A stretch of 64,000 bases of DNA from Tubulanus polymorphus (Eukaryota; Animalia; Nemertea): positions 12,855,947 to 12,919,946 of the forward strand of contig NC_134030.1 of assembly GCF_964204645.1 (NCBI RefSeq), read 5' to 3'. This document shows, piece by piece, positions 63,419 to 64,000 of the stretch (its first letter is position 1; each line of letters begins with the position of its first letter). The notes below the pieces were generated by a model. The model was not told where the DNA came from, ran no database searches, and was given only the letters and a program-made list of their open reading frames with translations. Position numbers and translations under genes: made by a program.

Positions 63419-63832
63419 GTAAGTTTCATTCAGTCATCTTAACATTTATTCGAGACATGGTTTGAGAATAATTATTGTATGGGCTTGAAAATCACTGTTA
63501 AAAGGGTCGCATTTTCAAGTCCAATTCAAATCAATAAAATTTATTTTTTCCACGCGCGGTATCCAATTCATAATTTTTTATGTCAAAATGCCGTTTAACT
63601 TTTGTTTGCTAAGCGTGATTGTAAAACCATGCCTTCTAGGTCAGCTTACATCGTGTGACAATAGAAACATCTTTTCATTGAACTACTACTATAGGCCACA
63701 GTGCATTGGCCATCGTACAATAGGCTTTTATTGTCATAGTTAGTGAGTGCCTTACTTCACTCACTAACTACAATAACAAAATGAATATTTCACGAGCCTT
63801 GTGAATTAACGGTTGCCTTTTGCTTGAAATAG

Positions 63833-64000
63833 ATTGTTGCTGAAACAAGGAGCCGTGCCATCGATCCACACTGTGATAGAAACCCCTGAATCTACATCTC
63901 AACCAGAGGATTTCTTCTCGCTACCACGAAAGCCTGGACGAAAAGTGTTTGAGAAGAGGGAGAGACGGCGAGTCATTGCTGAGACTGAGAGCCAGGTTTT
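63833..64000 (+). CDS. THAP protein exon 2, partial (LLLKQGAVPSIHT...FEKRERRRVI)
   Basis: TAG acceptor; phase matches exon 1; supplies the AVPTI-like box of THAP. Confidence 0.82.

Larger units (their letters stand above)
62917..64000 (+). mobile_element. 5' end of a Kolobok-type DNA transposon, runs off the window
   Basis: TTAA (62913-62916) followed by AGGG terminus and a spliced THAP gene. Confidence 0.65.

Overview
AT-rich animal genomic DNA (probably a marine invertebrate; this is inferred from the transposon content), not prokaryotic. The core is one complete, intron-rich cGMP phosphodiesterase 9 gene (PDE9A orthologue) on the minus strand. I rebuilt it by hand from GT-AG sites with consistent phases: 17 coding positions from ATG 48813 to a probable stop at 10118, about 515 aa. 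Its catalytic domain carries two pairs of tandemly duplicated, intact exons (10a/10b and 13a/13b) that look mutually exclusive, plus a weaker candidate alternative to exon 8. The flanks and introns are a nest of mobile DNA. On the left are a Phantom/MULE transposase pseudogene, an L1/Tx1 LINE split by a foldback MITE, and a decayed Polinton/Maverick-like penton (minor capsid) gene. The introns hold Kolobok, MULE, P-like and Helentron-type non-autonomous elements, a Penelope-type minimal hammerhead ribozyme and a SalI-rich palindromic array. On the right, a CR1/L2-group LINE is interrupted by a solo LTR and by an SGNH-bearing Ngaro retroelement, and a THAP/Kolobok element runs off the window edge. 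All homology calls come from recalled motifs, not database searches.
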